DNA from: an uncultured Thermococci archaeon
Lineage (GTDB): Archaea; Methanobacteriota_B; Thermococci; Thermococcales; Thermococcaceae
Assembly: GCA_964399725.1 (NCBI GenBank)
Contig: CAYNRW010000003.1
Location: forward strand, 1-33,516
DNA: 33,516 bases
Direction of reading: 5' to 3'
Made by a program: the position numbers and the translations under genes. Of this stretch, positions 1-8,377 are shown one piece after another. The notes under the pieces were generated by a model. That model was given only the letters and a program-made list of their open reading frames with translations. It did no database searches and was not told the origin of the DNA. Position 1 is the first letter of the stretch, and each line of letters starts with the position of its first letter.

Positions 1-22
1 CCCAAACCTCTAACCCACTTTT

Positions 23-1171
23 TCATTGACATCCCCTTTTCCTCGGCTCTTCGCCAAAGACTGCTTTGTAAAGCTTTTTGAACTCCTCCCAAGAACCCCT
101 TATTACTGGATGCTTTGGAATAAATGGTACCTCATCCTCAGGTAGTGTAGAAAGTTTAAAAGTTCCAATGGTCTTTGCAATTGCTACTATCTCTTCCTTA
201 TCCATACCCACTAACGGCCTATAAATTGGCAGATCACTTGCTTGACTTATTATATACATGTTTTCCAGCGTTTGAGAAGCTACTTGACCCAAAGAATTTC
301 CCATGACAATACCCTTTGCTCCAAATTCCCTCGCAATCTTGTCAGCTTTTTTAACCATCATATACTTGCAGAAAACACGTATATAATTCTCTTTTTTAAG
401 CTGTTTTAGCGTTTGAACGATCCTCTCTCTTTCTTGTGGCTTAATAACTATTAGGTCACTCTTACCTCCATAGTGATACTTTTTGAGCTGATTCCAGATT
501 CTCCGAACCTTCTCAAGGGTCTTCTCTCCAACATAAATATGGACGGGGATTACTTCACATCCCCTCTTCATCATCAGAAAAGCTGCAACCGGAGAATCTA
601 TGCCCCCGCTTAAAAGAGCCACGATCTTCCCTTGAGTTCCTACTGGAAGACCGCCAAATCCCCAGAATTTATCAACATAGATGTATGCCTTTCCTTCCAT
701 TAGCTCAATTCCCACCTCAATATCATAGTTTTTCAAATCTACCATGCATTCTTCGTTTTTTAATATGTACTCGCCAACTTTAGCGGCCAGCTCTTGGCTT
801 TTAAGGGGAAATTCTTTAGTTATTCTCCTTGCAGTTACTCTGAATCTTGGCCTTTCCAATTCAAGTGCCCTCATTTTTCTTCTAAACAGCTTTAAGGAGG
901 TTTTATATATTTTGTCCAGCTCTGCATCTACCTCAGCAGCAGGTGAAAGCGATACTATGCCGAAAACCCGCTTGAGAACTTCTACGCTTTTTTCCGCTTT
1001 GTTAGTCTTTACAATAATCCTGCCATGCTTTGCAAAGACGTTCTTGTATTCTATGCCCTCACTTAAGAGGGCCTCCTTTATGTTGTTGAGTAAAATGCTT
1101 TCAAACCACCTTCTCGTTTTTGGAGACTTTGTGCCTATCTCACCGTATCTGACTATTATGGCATTTAGCAT
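23..1171 (-). CDS. thiI: tRNA 4-thiouridine (s4U8) synthase ThiI/TtuI, with THUMP and PP-loop domains
   Basis: N-terminal IIVRYGEIGTKS, THUMP region, GLPVGTQGK, PP-loop LLSGGIDSPVA, SLGQVASQTLEN, RPLVGMDKEEI. Start set at the second ATG (1171) from GGTGA SD spacing; 1177 is also possible. Confidence 0.93.
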   Translation of the reverse strand: MLNAIIVRYGEIGTKSPKTRRWFESILLNNIKEALLSEGIEYKNVFAKHGRIIVKTNKAEKSVEVLKRVFGIVSLSPAAEVDAELDKIYKTSLKLFRRKMRALELERPRFRVTARRITKEFPLKSQELAAKVGEYILKNEECMVDLKNYDIEVGIELMEGKAYIYVDKFWGFGGLPVGTQGKIVALLSGGIDSPVAAFLMMKRGCEVIPVHIYVGEKTLEKVRRIWNQLKKYHYGGKSDLIVIKPQERERIVQTLKQLKKENYIRVFCKYMMVKKADKIAREFGAKGIVMGNSLGQVASQTLENMYIISQASDLPIYRPLVGMDKEEIVAIAKTIGTFKLSTLPEDEVPFIPKHPVIRGSWEEFKKLYKAVFGEEPRKRGCQ

Positions 1172-1186
1172 TATCATTCACCGAGT

Positions 1187-1795
1187 TCAAACCATTTTAA
1201 GAACTTTTTCCAGAGATTTTCTTCTTGGTCTTGGGATTATCTTCTCAGCGGGGTATCCCACAGAAATTAACCCGACGAGGTACCAATTCTCATCAAGTCC
1301 AGCCATTTTCCTAAGCTCTCTTTGGTATTTCTCCAAGCTGGTGACTCCTATGTAGCATGTCCCTAGCCCAAGCTCTACTGCCTTCAGCATAAGGTTTTCT
1401 ATCGCCATTGCAGCACTTTCAACGCTCCACAGAAATTCAATTTCCTTGTACTCCTCTTCTTTTAAGAAGCGCGTTTCTTTATCGACAAAAACCCCAATGT
1501 AAATCGGAGCTTTATACATTCCTTTTTCAAATATCTTCGTTTTCAGTTTTTCTATTTTTTTCTCAGGCAAACCGTATGCACGGTAATACTCTGCATGAGC
1601 CTCATACATTATCTCGTGAATCCGCCTTCTGAGGTTCTCATCTCTATAAGCTACAAACAACCAGTTTTCAAGACCACTTGCAGTAGGTGCTCTCATAGCA
1701 GAATTTATTAGCTCTTTGAGCTTTTCTTCTTCAATGCTTCTCTCTTCGTAATACCTCACAGACATTCTGTTAAAGACCGCCTCATCTAGTTTCAC
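1187..1795 (-). CDS. Nitroreductase family FMN-dependent oxidoreductase
   Basis: RMSVRYY, RAPTASGLENW, AIENLMLKAVELGLGTCYIG and ISVGYP motifs. GTG start 5 nt after GGTGA. Confidence 0.88.
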   Translation of the reverse strand: MKLDEAVFNRMSVRYYEERSIEEEKLKELINSAMRAPTASGLENWLFVAYRDENLRRRIHEIMYEAHAEYYRAYGLPEKKIEKLKTKIFEKGMYKAPIYIGVFVDKETRFLKEEEYKEIEFLWSVESAAMAIENLMLKAVELGLGTCYIGVTSLEKYQRELRKMAGLDENWYLVGLISVGYPAEKIIPRPRRKSLEKVLKMV

Positions 1796-1828
1796 ACAAA
1801 TCACCAAAAAGCTCTTTGTTTATTCGGG

Positions 1829-1842
1829 TTAATATACTTTAA
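1829..1842 (-). promoter_or_regulatory. Putative TATA box for nitroreductase-thiI
   Basis: Minus strand reads TTAAAG-TATATTAA about 34 nt upstream of the GTG start, just after the pyrimidine tract that ends rps2. Confidence 0.5.
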
Positions 1843-1872
1843 GGAGAAAAGAGAAGAAATCTAAAGAAGCAG
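1843..1872 (-). terminator. Pyrimidine/T-rich tract after rps2
   Basis: Minus strand CTTCTTTAGATTTCTTCTCTTTTCTCC directly after the stop, typical of archaeal oligo-U terminators. Confidence 0.45.
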
Positions 1873-1874
1873 CT

Positions 1875-2480
1875 TCATCCCCTGATTATTTTCATTTCGA
1901 ATTCTTCTACAGGGATTTTAAAGTCTTCCCTGCTGTTGATATCTCCCCTGTTAAAGAGGACTTCCCTTGCAAGTATCCAGTAAATTAAAGCCAAGGCCTT
2001 TCTTCCCTTGTTGTTTGTCGGGATTGCCAAGTCAACATAGCTCAAAAGGTTCTCTGTGTCAACTAAGGCCACTATGGGGATTCCAATTTCTATTGCCTCT
2101 TTCATTGCTTGGTGATCCGCCCTTGGATCTGTCACTATGAGAACATCGGGCTCAAAGAAGTTCTTAACTTGGGGATTTGTCATTGTTCCGGGTAAAAATC
2201 TACCCGGTATTGCCCTAGCCCCGGTAATCTCTCCAAACTTCTTGACTGGCTTTTGCCCATAGAGTCTTACGCTTACCGCCAATATTCTGTCTGGATCGAA
2301 CTTTGCTAGGAACTTTCCAGCAGCCCTGAGTCTTTCGTCGGTTTTTCTTACATCAAGCACATATAAACCATCTTGCCTGACCCTATATATAAAGCGCTTC
2401 ATATCCTTTGTTTTTTGCTGTGTTCCAATGTGAACACCTGCAGCCAGATATTGATCGAGTGGGACCAAATACTCTTCCAT
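1875..2480 (-). CDS. rps2: 30S ribosomal protein S2 (uS2)
   Basis: [33 protein letters not shown]. Confidence 0.98.
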   Translation of the reverse strand: MEEYLVPLDQYLAAGVHIGTQQKTKDMKRFIYRVRQDGLYVLDVRKTDERLRAAGKFLAKFDPDRILAVSVRLYGQKPVKKFGEITGARAIPGRFLPGTMTNPQVKNFFEPDVLIVTDPRADHQAMKEAIEIGIPIVALVDTENLLSYVDLAIPTNNKGRKALALIYWILAREVLFNRGDINSREDFKIPVEEFEMKIIRG

Positions 2481-2485
2481 TTTCT

Positions 2486-3511
2486 TCACCCCTCAAATGT
2501 TATTATTCTTCCTCTTTCGCCCAAATCCTCCGCTATCCTAATAAGCTCATTTATTTTAACAGTGGAGCTCTCATGGAGCATTATAGCGGGACACTTAAGC
2601 CCCACCGCCAAGTGGGGTAGAGCATCATCAGCGGATTCGTACTTTGCTTCCGCCAAAATTGGAGTTATTCTTTCCGATTTCACATCATTGACCAGGTTGT
2701 AAAGATCTGTGAGAGTGCCCAAGTTGATTGGTTTAATCGAAAGTGCATTGTAATATCTCCTGTCCAGGATGTCCTTTGTTCTGAAAAGATATTCCCCATC
2801 AACAAATACTCCCTCTGTTCCCGCTATTAATTCAAGGAAGAGCTCTTCATCGCCTAAGGGCTTGATGTAAGAGATGTTGTGATCCTCGACTTTTTGCAGG
2901 ACTTCCTCGATATCCATCTCTTTCTTTTGTACTATTCCAAGAGACACCTCAAGACCAAGTTCGTCTCCGGCTATTTCCGAAGCTTTTGAGAGATCCTGGA
3001 GAGTAATGTTCTTTGCATGTTCCTTTATCTTTGTCATTGCATCTACTACATCAGAGATCTCCATTAAATCCTTAACCAAGACAAGGTACTCAAAGGCTTC
3101 ATCCTCTGCAAACCTTAGTATTGGAACTGGAAGCTCTGTAGTGAAGGTTCCTCCTATATAGCTGTACAGGGAAATGTTTTTGGCATTTGAAGCCGCTTTT
3201 GCCACAGCAACTGAAACGGCCAAGGCAGTGTTCGCCCCTATGTGACTTAGATTTTCAGTTCCGTCTATTTCCCAGAGATAACTGTCTATGAGTTCTTGCT
3301 CTTGGGAATCGAATCCAATAAGTTCTGGACCTATTATTTCATCAACTTCACTAACCGCCCTGTGAGCTTCTACTATGTAAAGGGATGGATTCTCATCCAC
3401 AGGAGCGGCAAACCTACCAAAGCCGGAAGTTGTTATAACGTCAACCTCAATTGAATACTTTCCACCCTTGAGTATTGAAATTCTGCCCACTATGTTCTCT
3501 ATTATTGTCAT
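2486..3511 (-). CDS. Enolase-like protein (short, divergent enolase paralog)
   Basis: Enolase N-domain motif [27 protein letters not shown] and barrel motif [15 protein letters not shown]. Only 341 aa; lacks the SGASTG and SHRSGET motifs. Confidence 0.88.
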   Translation of the reverse strand: MTIIENIVGRISILKGGKYSIEVDVITTSGFGRFAAPVDENPSLYIVEAHRAVSEVDEIIGPELIGFDSQEQELIDSYLWEIDGTENLSHIGANTALAVSVAVAKAASNAKNISLYSYIGGTFTTELPVPILRFAEDEAFEYLVLVKDLMEISDVVDAMTKIKEHAKNITLQDLSKASEIAGDELGLEVSLGIVQKKEMDIEEVLQKVEDHNISYIKPLGDEELFLELIAGTEGVFVDGEYLFRTKDILDRRYYNALSIKPINLGTLTDLYNLVNDVKSERITPILAEAKYESADDALPHLAVGLKCPAIMLHESSTVKINELIRIAEDLGERGRIITFEG

Positions 3512-3517
3512 CCCACA

Positions 3518-3691
3518 TCAACTCGGTCTTATGACGGTTATTGGGATTATACCCTTTTCAAACTCCATTACCGCGGCCTCTAAAGGTGTAGCGCCTTCGA
3601 GTATGTCAATTAGTACAGGAGCTCCCATAGCTATTTGTAATGCCCTTGCTCCTATTATGCGAGCCTTCTCAAATCTCGTGTATCTAAACAT
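3518..3691 (-). CDS. rpoK: RNA polymerase subunit K (Rpo6), 57 aa, not in the ORF track
   Basis: Manual translation [28 protein letters not shown]...[15 protein letters not shown] carries the omega/Rpb6 signature; GGTGA SD upstream. Confidence 0.97.
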   Translation of the reverse strand: MFRYTRFEKARIIGARALQIAMGAPVLIDILEGATPLEAAVMEFEKGIIPITVIRPS

Positions 3692-3713
3692 TTCCTCTCA
3701 CCCATGCAAATTT

Positions 3714-3791
3714 TGGTGGGGCCGCCGGGATTTGAACCCGGGTCTCCGGCACCCCAAGCCGGGAGGATAGACCAAGCTACCCCACGGCCCC
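3714..3791 (-). tRNA. tRNA-Pro(GGG), CCA encoded, no intron
   Basis: GGGGCCG/CGGCCCC acceptor stem, anticodon arm CCGGC-TTGGGGT-GCCGG, GTTCAAATC T-loop, ACCA end. Confidence 0.97.
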
Positions 3792-3810
3792 TCCTAAAGA
3801 AGTGTGGTTT

Positions 3811-4008
3811 TTAATATACCCTGTAGTGCATTATCTCATCTATCAATTCAACATGGCTGAGGAGCATTCTCCTGCAGCAGTACCTCTCAAGTCCAAGATC
3901 ATCGAGCACTTTTTCGGGGTCTTCCCCTTTTTCAACACGCTCTTTGAATATGTAGTATTTATCTCCAATCACCTTTCCACATGTGAAACATCTCACGGGA
4001 ACTATCAA
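3811..4008 (-). CDS. rpoN: RNA polymerase subunit N (Rpo10)
   Basis: [11 protein letters not shown] and [11 protein letters not shown] zinc motifs. TTG start after GGTGA. Confidence 0.97.
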   Translation of the reverse strand: MIVPVRCFTCGKVIGDKYYIFKERVEKGEDPEKVLDDLGLERYCCRRMLLSHVELIDEIMHYRVY

Positions 4009-4056
4009 GCGAATCACCTTTTTTGTTTTTAAATTTTAAGGAAAGTTTGAAGGAAG

Positions 4057-4464
4057 TCAACGGTAGCTCTTTTGTCTCTTTGCTCTTGGACCCTTTGTAG
4101 AACGGTTTGGCTTATGTGGCTCTGTTCTTCTTGAGTCGCCAACGAGCATGGTTCTGTCATATTTCATGAACTTTTCTTTAAGGTTCATGTCCCCAGTCCA
4201 TTCTATCAACCCCCTTGCTATTGCAACCCTTGCAGCCTCAGCCTGTCCCATGAACCCTCCGCCTTCAACTTTGACATCGATGTCGACTTTGCTAACTATT
4301 TCCTCGCCTGCAAGGACTAGTGGCTCCATTATTGTGAAACGGGCCATTTCCGGTTCAATAATCTCAACAGGCTTGCTGTTAATCCTAACCCTCCCTTTGC
4401 CTTCTCTTATAGTAGCCCTCGCAATAGCAGTTTTTCTCTTTCCTGCAGTTTGGATTATCCTCAT
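4057..4464 (-). CDS. rps9: 30S ribosomal protein S9 (uS9)
   Basis: [22 protein letters not shown], ending [11 protein letters not shown]. Confidence 0.98.
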   Translation of the reverse strand: MRIIQTAGKRKTAIARATIREGKGRVRINSKPVEIIEPEMARFTIMEPLVLAGEEIVSKVDIDVKVEGGGFMGQAEAARVAIARGLIEWTGDMNLKEKFMKYDRTMLVGDSRRTEPHKPNRSTKGPRAKRQKSYR

Positions 4465-4474
4465 TATCATCACC

Positions 4475-4903
4475 TCAGAACTTTCCACCAAGGAATTTGG
4501 CTACCTCTCCAACAGTTACATATTTGGGAGTTTTAAGCCTTGACATGTGAGCCTCAGCTATTGTCTCCAACTCTTTGTCTTCAAACTCTTTTGGAATTCC
4601 GGCATATACTTTCAGTCTCTTAAAGGCTTTCCTTCCCCTGTCGGTTTTCCATGGGAGCATGCCCCTAACGGTCCTTCTAACTATTTCGTCGCTTCTCTTT
4701 GGATAGAAGGGTCCTTTTCTTGGATTTGTTCTTGTTCTTAGCTCGGTTCTCTGCTTATACTTTTCGAAAATGAACTCTCTGTTCCCAGTGATGATAGCCT
4801 TTTCAGCATTAACGATAATTACCTCCTCGCCTTCGAGGAGCATCTTGGCAACTTTTGAAGCAAGTCTTCCAAGTATTAAACCATCAGCATTAATAATCCT
4901 CAT
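4475..4903 (-). CDS. rpl13: 50S ribosomal protein L13 (uL13)
   Basis: [21 protein letters not shown]. Confidence 0.98.
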   Translation of the reverse strand: MRIINADGLILGRLASKVAKMLLEGEEVIIVNAEKAIITGNREFIFEKYKQRTELRTRTNPRKGPFYPKRSDEIVRRTVRGMLPWKTDRGRKAFKRLKVYAGIPKEFEDKELETIAEAHMSRLKTPKYVTVGEVAKFLGGKF

Positions 4904-4909
4904 GGCCCA

Positions 4910-5272
4910 TCACTCCATTATGATTACTCCACTACCCTTTGGGTTTCTCTCCATAAGTTCTTCGATCGTTATTGCCTCTCCGCCTGCTTGAATGATCTTC
5001 TCCTTCGCCTTTTCGCTGAACTTCCATGCAGCAACTATAACCTTATGATCTAAGTTTCCGGCTCCAAGAACGCTCCCTGGAACTACTACCATGTCTCCTT
5101 CCTTGGTGTACCTGTTTATCCTGCTAATGTTTACTTCAGCCCTCTGTCTTCTTGGTCTTTCTAAGCGCCAAGCTATGTCCTTCCATATCTTAACGTTTTC
5201 TTCGTTTGATTTCTTTCTCAGATAGCGAATGAGCCTTCTCAGATTAATATCAGTTGGACCAGTCCTCTTCAT
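4910..5272 (-). CDS. rpl18e: 50S ribosomal protein L18e (eL18)
   Basis: [21 protein letters not shown]; GGAGG SD. Confidence 0.97.
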   Translation of the reverse strand: MKRTGPTDINLRRLIRYLRKKSNEENVKIWKDIAWRLERPRRQRAEVNISRINRYTKEGDMVVVPGSVLGAGNLDHKVIVAAWKFSEKAKEKIIQAGGEAITIEELMERNPKGSGVIIME

Positions 5273-5320
5273 GAGCATTCCTCCTTTTAATTCTCGCACC
5301 GAGGGACGGGGTGATCATTA

Positions 5321-5408
5321 TGGTGCGGGGGCGGGGATTTGAACCCCGGAACCCCTGCGGGACGGGACCCTAAATCCCGCGCCTTTGACCAGGCTCGGCA
5401 ACCCCCGC
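5321..5408 (-). tRNA. tRNA-Leu(TAG), long variable arm, CCA encoded
   Basis: GCGGGGG/CCCCCGC acceptor stem, CGGGA-TTTAGGG-TCCCG anticodon arm, GTTCAAATC T-loop, ACCA end. Confidence 0.97.
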
Positions 5409-5409
5409 G

Positions 5410-6186
5410 CTATTCGGCTAATTTATGGAGCTCGTTTATAAATTTATCGCTCTTTCTCATTAAAATTTTAAGTGCTAAGCTTACTATTTCCTCAACGGGG
5501 AGCTCTCCATTGCTTTCTACTGTAAAGACGAATGTATTTGGCACTACTTCTTCCTTAATTTTATCTCCTAAATACTGATCAAATTCCCTTGGCAGATAAA
5601 AGCTCGTTACAGTGGTTACAATAAGTTCGTTCTCGTTTTCTTCAATGAGGAGCTTCTTTCTAGCTGCGAGCTCTTTGACCTTCTCCCAGTTAGGAACCTC
5701 TTTGCTTACATGCACTTTTGTAAGGTATTTGTAGTAAGCAAACCCTGGTTGCCATTTTGCATGGTCTTTTCCTCTACCAAGTCTTGCATATGCGTTAAAA
5801 ACAAGCCTCTGACCCTCAGCTAGCTTGACTATTGGAATATCCGGAGTCACGGGTCTTATATCCGGATCGTCACTTTTTAAATCCCCAGAGTAGATTATGG
5901 CAGGACCTTCTGCTTCCAGGCTCAATGTAGCGGTGTAGTCATCCAACTCCAAAGCATCCAGTTCAAATCTGTCTGAAGGTGTCGTCAAAGGGATTAACGC
6001 CAATCTGTGAGCGATTATCTCATCAAAAAGAGCAGAATCATTCTCATAAAACTCCACTTCATCAACGGCAAAAGTTGGAACTTCCCCTATTATTGCTCTC
6101 CTGAGCGCATTTGCAAATGCAACATCAACCCCCTCTAAAATGAAGCGGATTGCATCGTCCCTTTTTTCAAGAATTTTTATTTGCAT
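5410..6186 (-). CDS. rpoD: RNA polymerase subunit D (Rpo3)
   Basis: [39 protein letters not shown]. Confidence 0.97.
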   Translation of the reverse strand: MQIKILEKRDDAIRFILEGVDVAFANALRRAIIGEVPTFAVDEVEFYENDSALFDEIIAHRLALIPLTTPSDRFELDALELDDYTATLSLEAEGPAIIYSGDLKSDDPDIRPVTPDIPIVKLAEGQRLVFNAYARLGRGKDHAKWQPGFAYYKYLTKVHVSKEVPNWEKVKELAARKKLLIEENENELIVTTVTSFYLPREFDQYLGDKIKEEVVPNTFVFTVESNGELPVEEIVSLALKILMRKSDKFINELHKLAE

Positions 6187-6218
6187 TTTTCTCACCAAAA
6201 AAGGATTGTAAAGGGAAG

Positions 6219-6629
6219 TCAAACTCTCCTTCCCCTTCTGCCACCCTTTGGTCTTGTACCATCGTGTGGAATTGGTGTGACATCTTCCACTCTGCCTATT
6301 CTAAGCCCCGCTCTTGCGAGAGCTCTAATAGCTGCCTGTGCCCCAGGCCCAGGGTTCTTGCTTTTACTTCCACCAGGTGCTCTGACCTTTATGTGGACAC
6401 CCACAATGCCCTTTTCGAGGGCTTCTTCCGCTGCCCTTTTAGCGGCAATCATAGCAGCATATGGAGATGACTCATCTCTATCTGCCTTAACTACCATTCC
6501 ACCGCTCCATCTTGAGATTGTTTCAGCTCCAGTGAGGTCAGTAATGTGAATGATTGTGTTGTTGTAAGAGGCATATATGTGAGCAACTCCCCATTTTTCT
6601 TTCTTCTTAATGTTGACTTCTTCACTCAT
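6219..6629 (-). CDS. rps11: 30S ribosomal protein S11 (uS11)
   Basis: [25 protein letters not shown]. Confidence 0.98.
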   Translation of the reverse strand: MSEEVNIKKKEKWGVAHIYASYNNTIIHITDLTGAETISRWSGGMVVKADRDESSPYAAMIAAKRAAEEALEKGIVGVHIKVRAPGGSKSKNPGPGAQAAIRALARAGLRIGRVEDVTPIPHDGTRPKGGRRGRRV

Positions 6630-7168
6630 TGCGCCTCACCCTTTTGAGCCTCTTCAATAACCATTCTCTCAGGGTGCTGTGAGTTCGCAAATGGGGAAGT
6701 CTTTGCGTATGTTATGCCATCTTCCTCTTCCTTGAGTACCAAATAGCTTGGTGATCTTATTATCTGTCCGTTTACTTCAATGTGTCCGTGAACAATTAGC
6801 TGTCTAGCCTGCTTTATTGTCCTTGAGAGTCCCTTCTTAAATACCATGGTTTGTAGTCTTCTCTCGAGGATGTCCTCTATTGTAAGGGAAAGAACATCAT
6901 CAAGGTGGGCTCCTTCTTGGAGCAATCCCAACCTAACCAATCTTTGGAGAAGCTGAGCCCTCTCAATTTCGGCCTGCTTACCTCTAGCAGCGAGTAATCT
7001 TCTTGCCCTTCTTCTAAAGTTCTTAAGTTGGGTTTCGTGCTTCCAAAGCTCTTTCTTGTTCTTGAGAGCATATCTCTGCACTAAAACTCTCTCTCTATCA
7101 AGTCTCTCCTTAATCCAAGGGTGAGAGGGAGTTTCATACCTTTTCCTTTGCCTTTTTGGATCTCCCAT
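6626..7168 (-). CDS. rps4: 30S ribosomal protein S4 (uS4)
   Basis: [25 protein letters not shown]...[11 protein letters not shown]. Confidence 0.98.
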   Translation of the reverse strand: MGDPKRQRKRYETPSHPWIKERLDRERVLVQRYALKNKKELWKHETQLKNFRRRARRLLAARGKQAEIERAQLLQRLVRLGLLQEGAHLDDVLSLTIEDILERRLQTMVFKKGLSRTIKQARQLIVHGHIEVNGQIIRSPSYLVLKEEEDGITYAKTSPFANSQHPERMVIEEAQKGEAQ

Positions 7169-7178
7169 TTATACCACC

Positions 7179-7625
7179 TCACTTCTTCCTTCTGCTAACC
7201 CCAACTGTTGTTCCCCTTCTGAAGTTTGACCTAGTCCTCTGCCCTCTCAATGGAAGGCCAAGCTCATGTCTGATACCCCTATAAGCTCTAATTCTCCTGA
7301 GTCTGTTAACATCCTCACGCCATGCCATAACGAGCTTTGCTCCCGTGAGATGCATGTCCTTTCCACTCTCGTAGTCTTTTGGTCTATTAACTGCCCATGC
7401 AGGAATACCATGCCTTACTGGATCTTCAAGCACAGCCTCAATGGCTTTTACCTGTTCATCGGTAAGGTAACCTGCTTTCATTTTTGGATCTAAGCCTGCA
7501 ACCCTGCATACCATTGTTGCAAAGTTTATCCCTATACCCCTAATTCCAGTGAGGGCCCATCTAAGTTGCTTGTGCCCGTCTATATCAACATTTGCTACAC
7601 GCACGATATGTCTAAAGTCAGCCAT
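7179..7625 (-). CDS. rps13: 30S ribosomal protein S13 (uS13)
   Basis: [29 protein letters not shown]. Confidence 0.98.
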   Translation of the reverse strand: MADFRHIVRVANVDIDGHKQLRWALTGIRGIGINFATMVCRVAGLDPKMKAGYLTDEQVKAIEAVLEDPVRHGIPAWAVNRPKDYESGKDMHLTGAKLVMAWREDVNRLRRIRAYRGIRHELGLPLRGQRTRSNFRRGTTVGVSRRKK

Positions 7626-7666
7626 TATAATTACACCTCCATACCTCAATCCTTCAAAGAGGATTT

Positions 7667-7753
7667 TGGCGCCGGGACGGGGATTTGAACCCCGGCGGGC
7701 AAACGCCCACGGGCTCTCAAGGCCCGCGCCATCCCAGGCTAGGCGATCCCGGC
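7667..7753 (-). tRNA. tRNA-Ser(TGA), long variable arm, CCA encoded; 5' end overlaps the upstream CDS
   Basis: GCCGGGA/TCCCGGC acceptor stem, CGGGC-CTTGAGA-GCCCG anticodon arm, GGGCG-TT-TGCCC variable arm, G discriminator followed by CCA. Confidence 0.97.
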
Positions 7754-8326
7754 ATACACCCTAAAGCCCGATCCTTTCGCAATTTCTCTTACTTCGTTGA
7801 AATTCTCCTCCATGAGCCCCTTAATATACTTTGCGCCTTGATTAGTGCGAATGACAATTTGAAGTAATCCTCCATCGTAGAGATGAAGGGGTGCATTTAT
7901 AACTATTTCCCTCAATACATCCTTCCCAGCATGCACTGGAGGATTCGTTATTATGCTGTGGAACCTCTCTCCCTTCACAGGTTCATAGAGATGGCCCCAT
8001 CTTACCTCGGCATTCTTAACGTTGTTGATTTTTAAGTTTTTCTTTGCTATGCTCACAGCCCTTTTGTTTATATCGGTCATTACAACATAATTCACGAAGC
8101 GCGAAGCCACTATTCCAATCGCCCCGTAGCCGCACCCTAAGTCCAAAACTCGCCAGTTTTTTTCAAGTACCATATTCTCTATAAGCAACTTCGTCCCCCT
8201 ATCAAGCTTTCCAAAGGAGAAGACACCGCTGGAGGTTATGAATCTAAAACGCTCCCCTCTAATGACTACCTCAATTATTTTGGTCTTTAACGGAGCGTTC
8301 GGCTCTCGGGAATAGTAGTGGCTCAT
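7739..8326 (-). CDS. Class I SAM-dependent methyltransferase, RsmC-like (MTS family)
   Basis: [24 protein letters not shown] (motif I) and ITNPPVHAG (amino-methyltransferase NPP motif). Confidence 0.9.
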   Translation of the reverse strand: MSHYYSREPNAPLKTKIIEVVIRGERFRFITSSGVFSFGKLDRGTKLLIENMVLEKNWRVLDLGCGYGAIGIVASRFVNYVVMTDINKRAVSIAKKNLKINNVKNAEVRWGHLYEPVKGERFHSIITNPPVHAGKDVLREIVINAPLHLYDGGLLQIVIRTNQGAKYIKGLMEENFNEVREIAKGSGFRVYAGIA

Positions 8327-8347
8327 GCTCGAAAGTTAGAGAATGGG

Positions 8348-8355
8348 TTTATAAA
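8348..8355 (-). promoter_or_regulatory. TATA box, probably driving a leaderless methyltransferase transcript
   Basis: TTTATAAA ends 21 nt before the ATG at 8326; no SD in between. Confidence 0.65.
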
Positions 8356-8377
8356 TCTAAGGTGGGGAATGAGAAGC

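Noticed and set aside
744-1355. 203-aa plus-strand ORF and the many similar antisense ORFs (for example 21378-22004, 24355-24849, 26661-27260)
   Set aside because: Each lies wholly opposite a well-supported gene, and their composition is what reverse-complemented Lys/Glu-rich coding sequence produces.
7667-7753. tRNA with TGA in the anticodon loop and a long variable arm as a possible selenocysteine or suppressor tRNA
   Set aside because: Anticodon UGA reads UCA (Ser), whereas tRNA-Sec has anticodon UCA. The 7-bp acceptor stem is normal.
3714-7753. tRNA genes as integration sites for a virus or island
   Set aside because: I saw no duplicated tRNA halves, integrase or foreign genes; the flanks are core genes.
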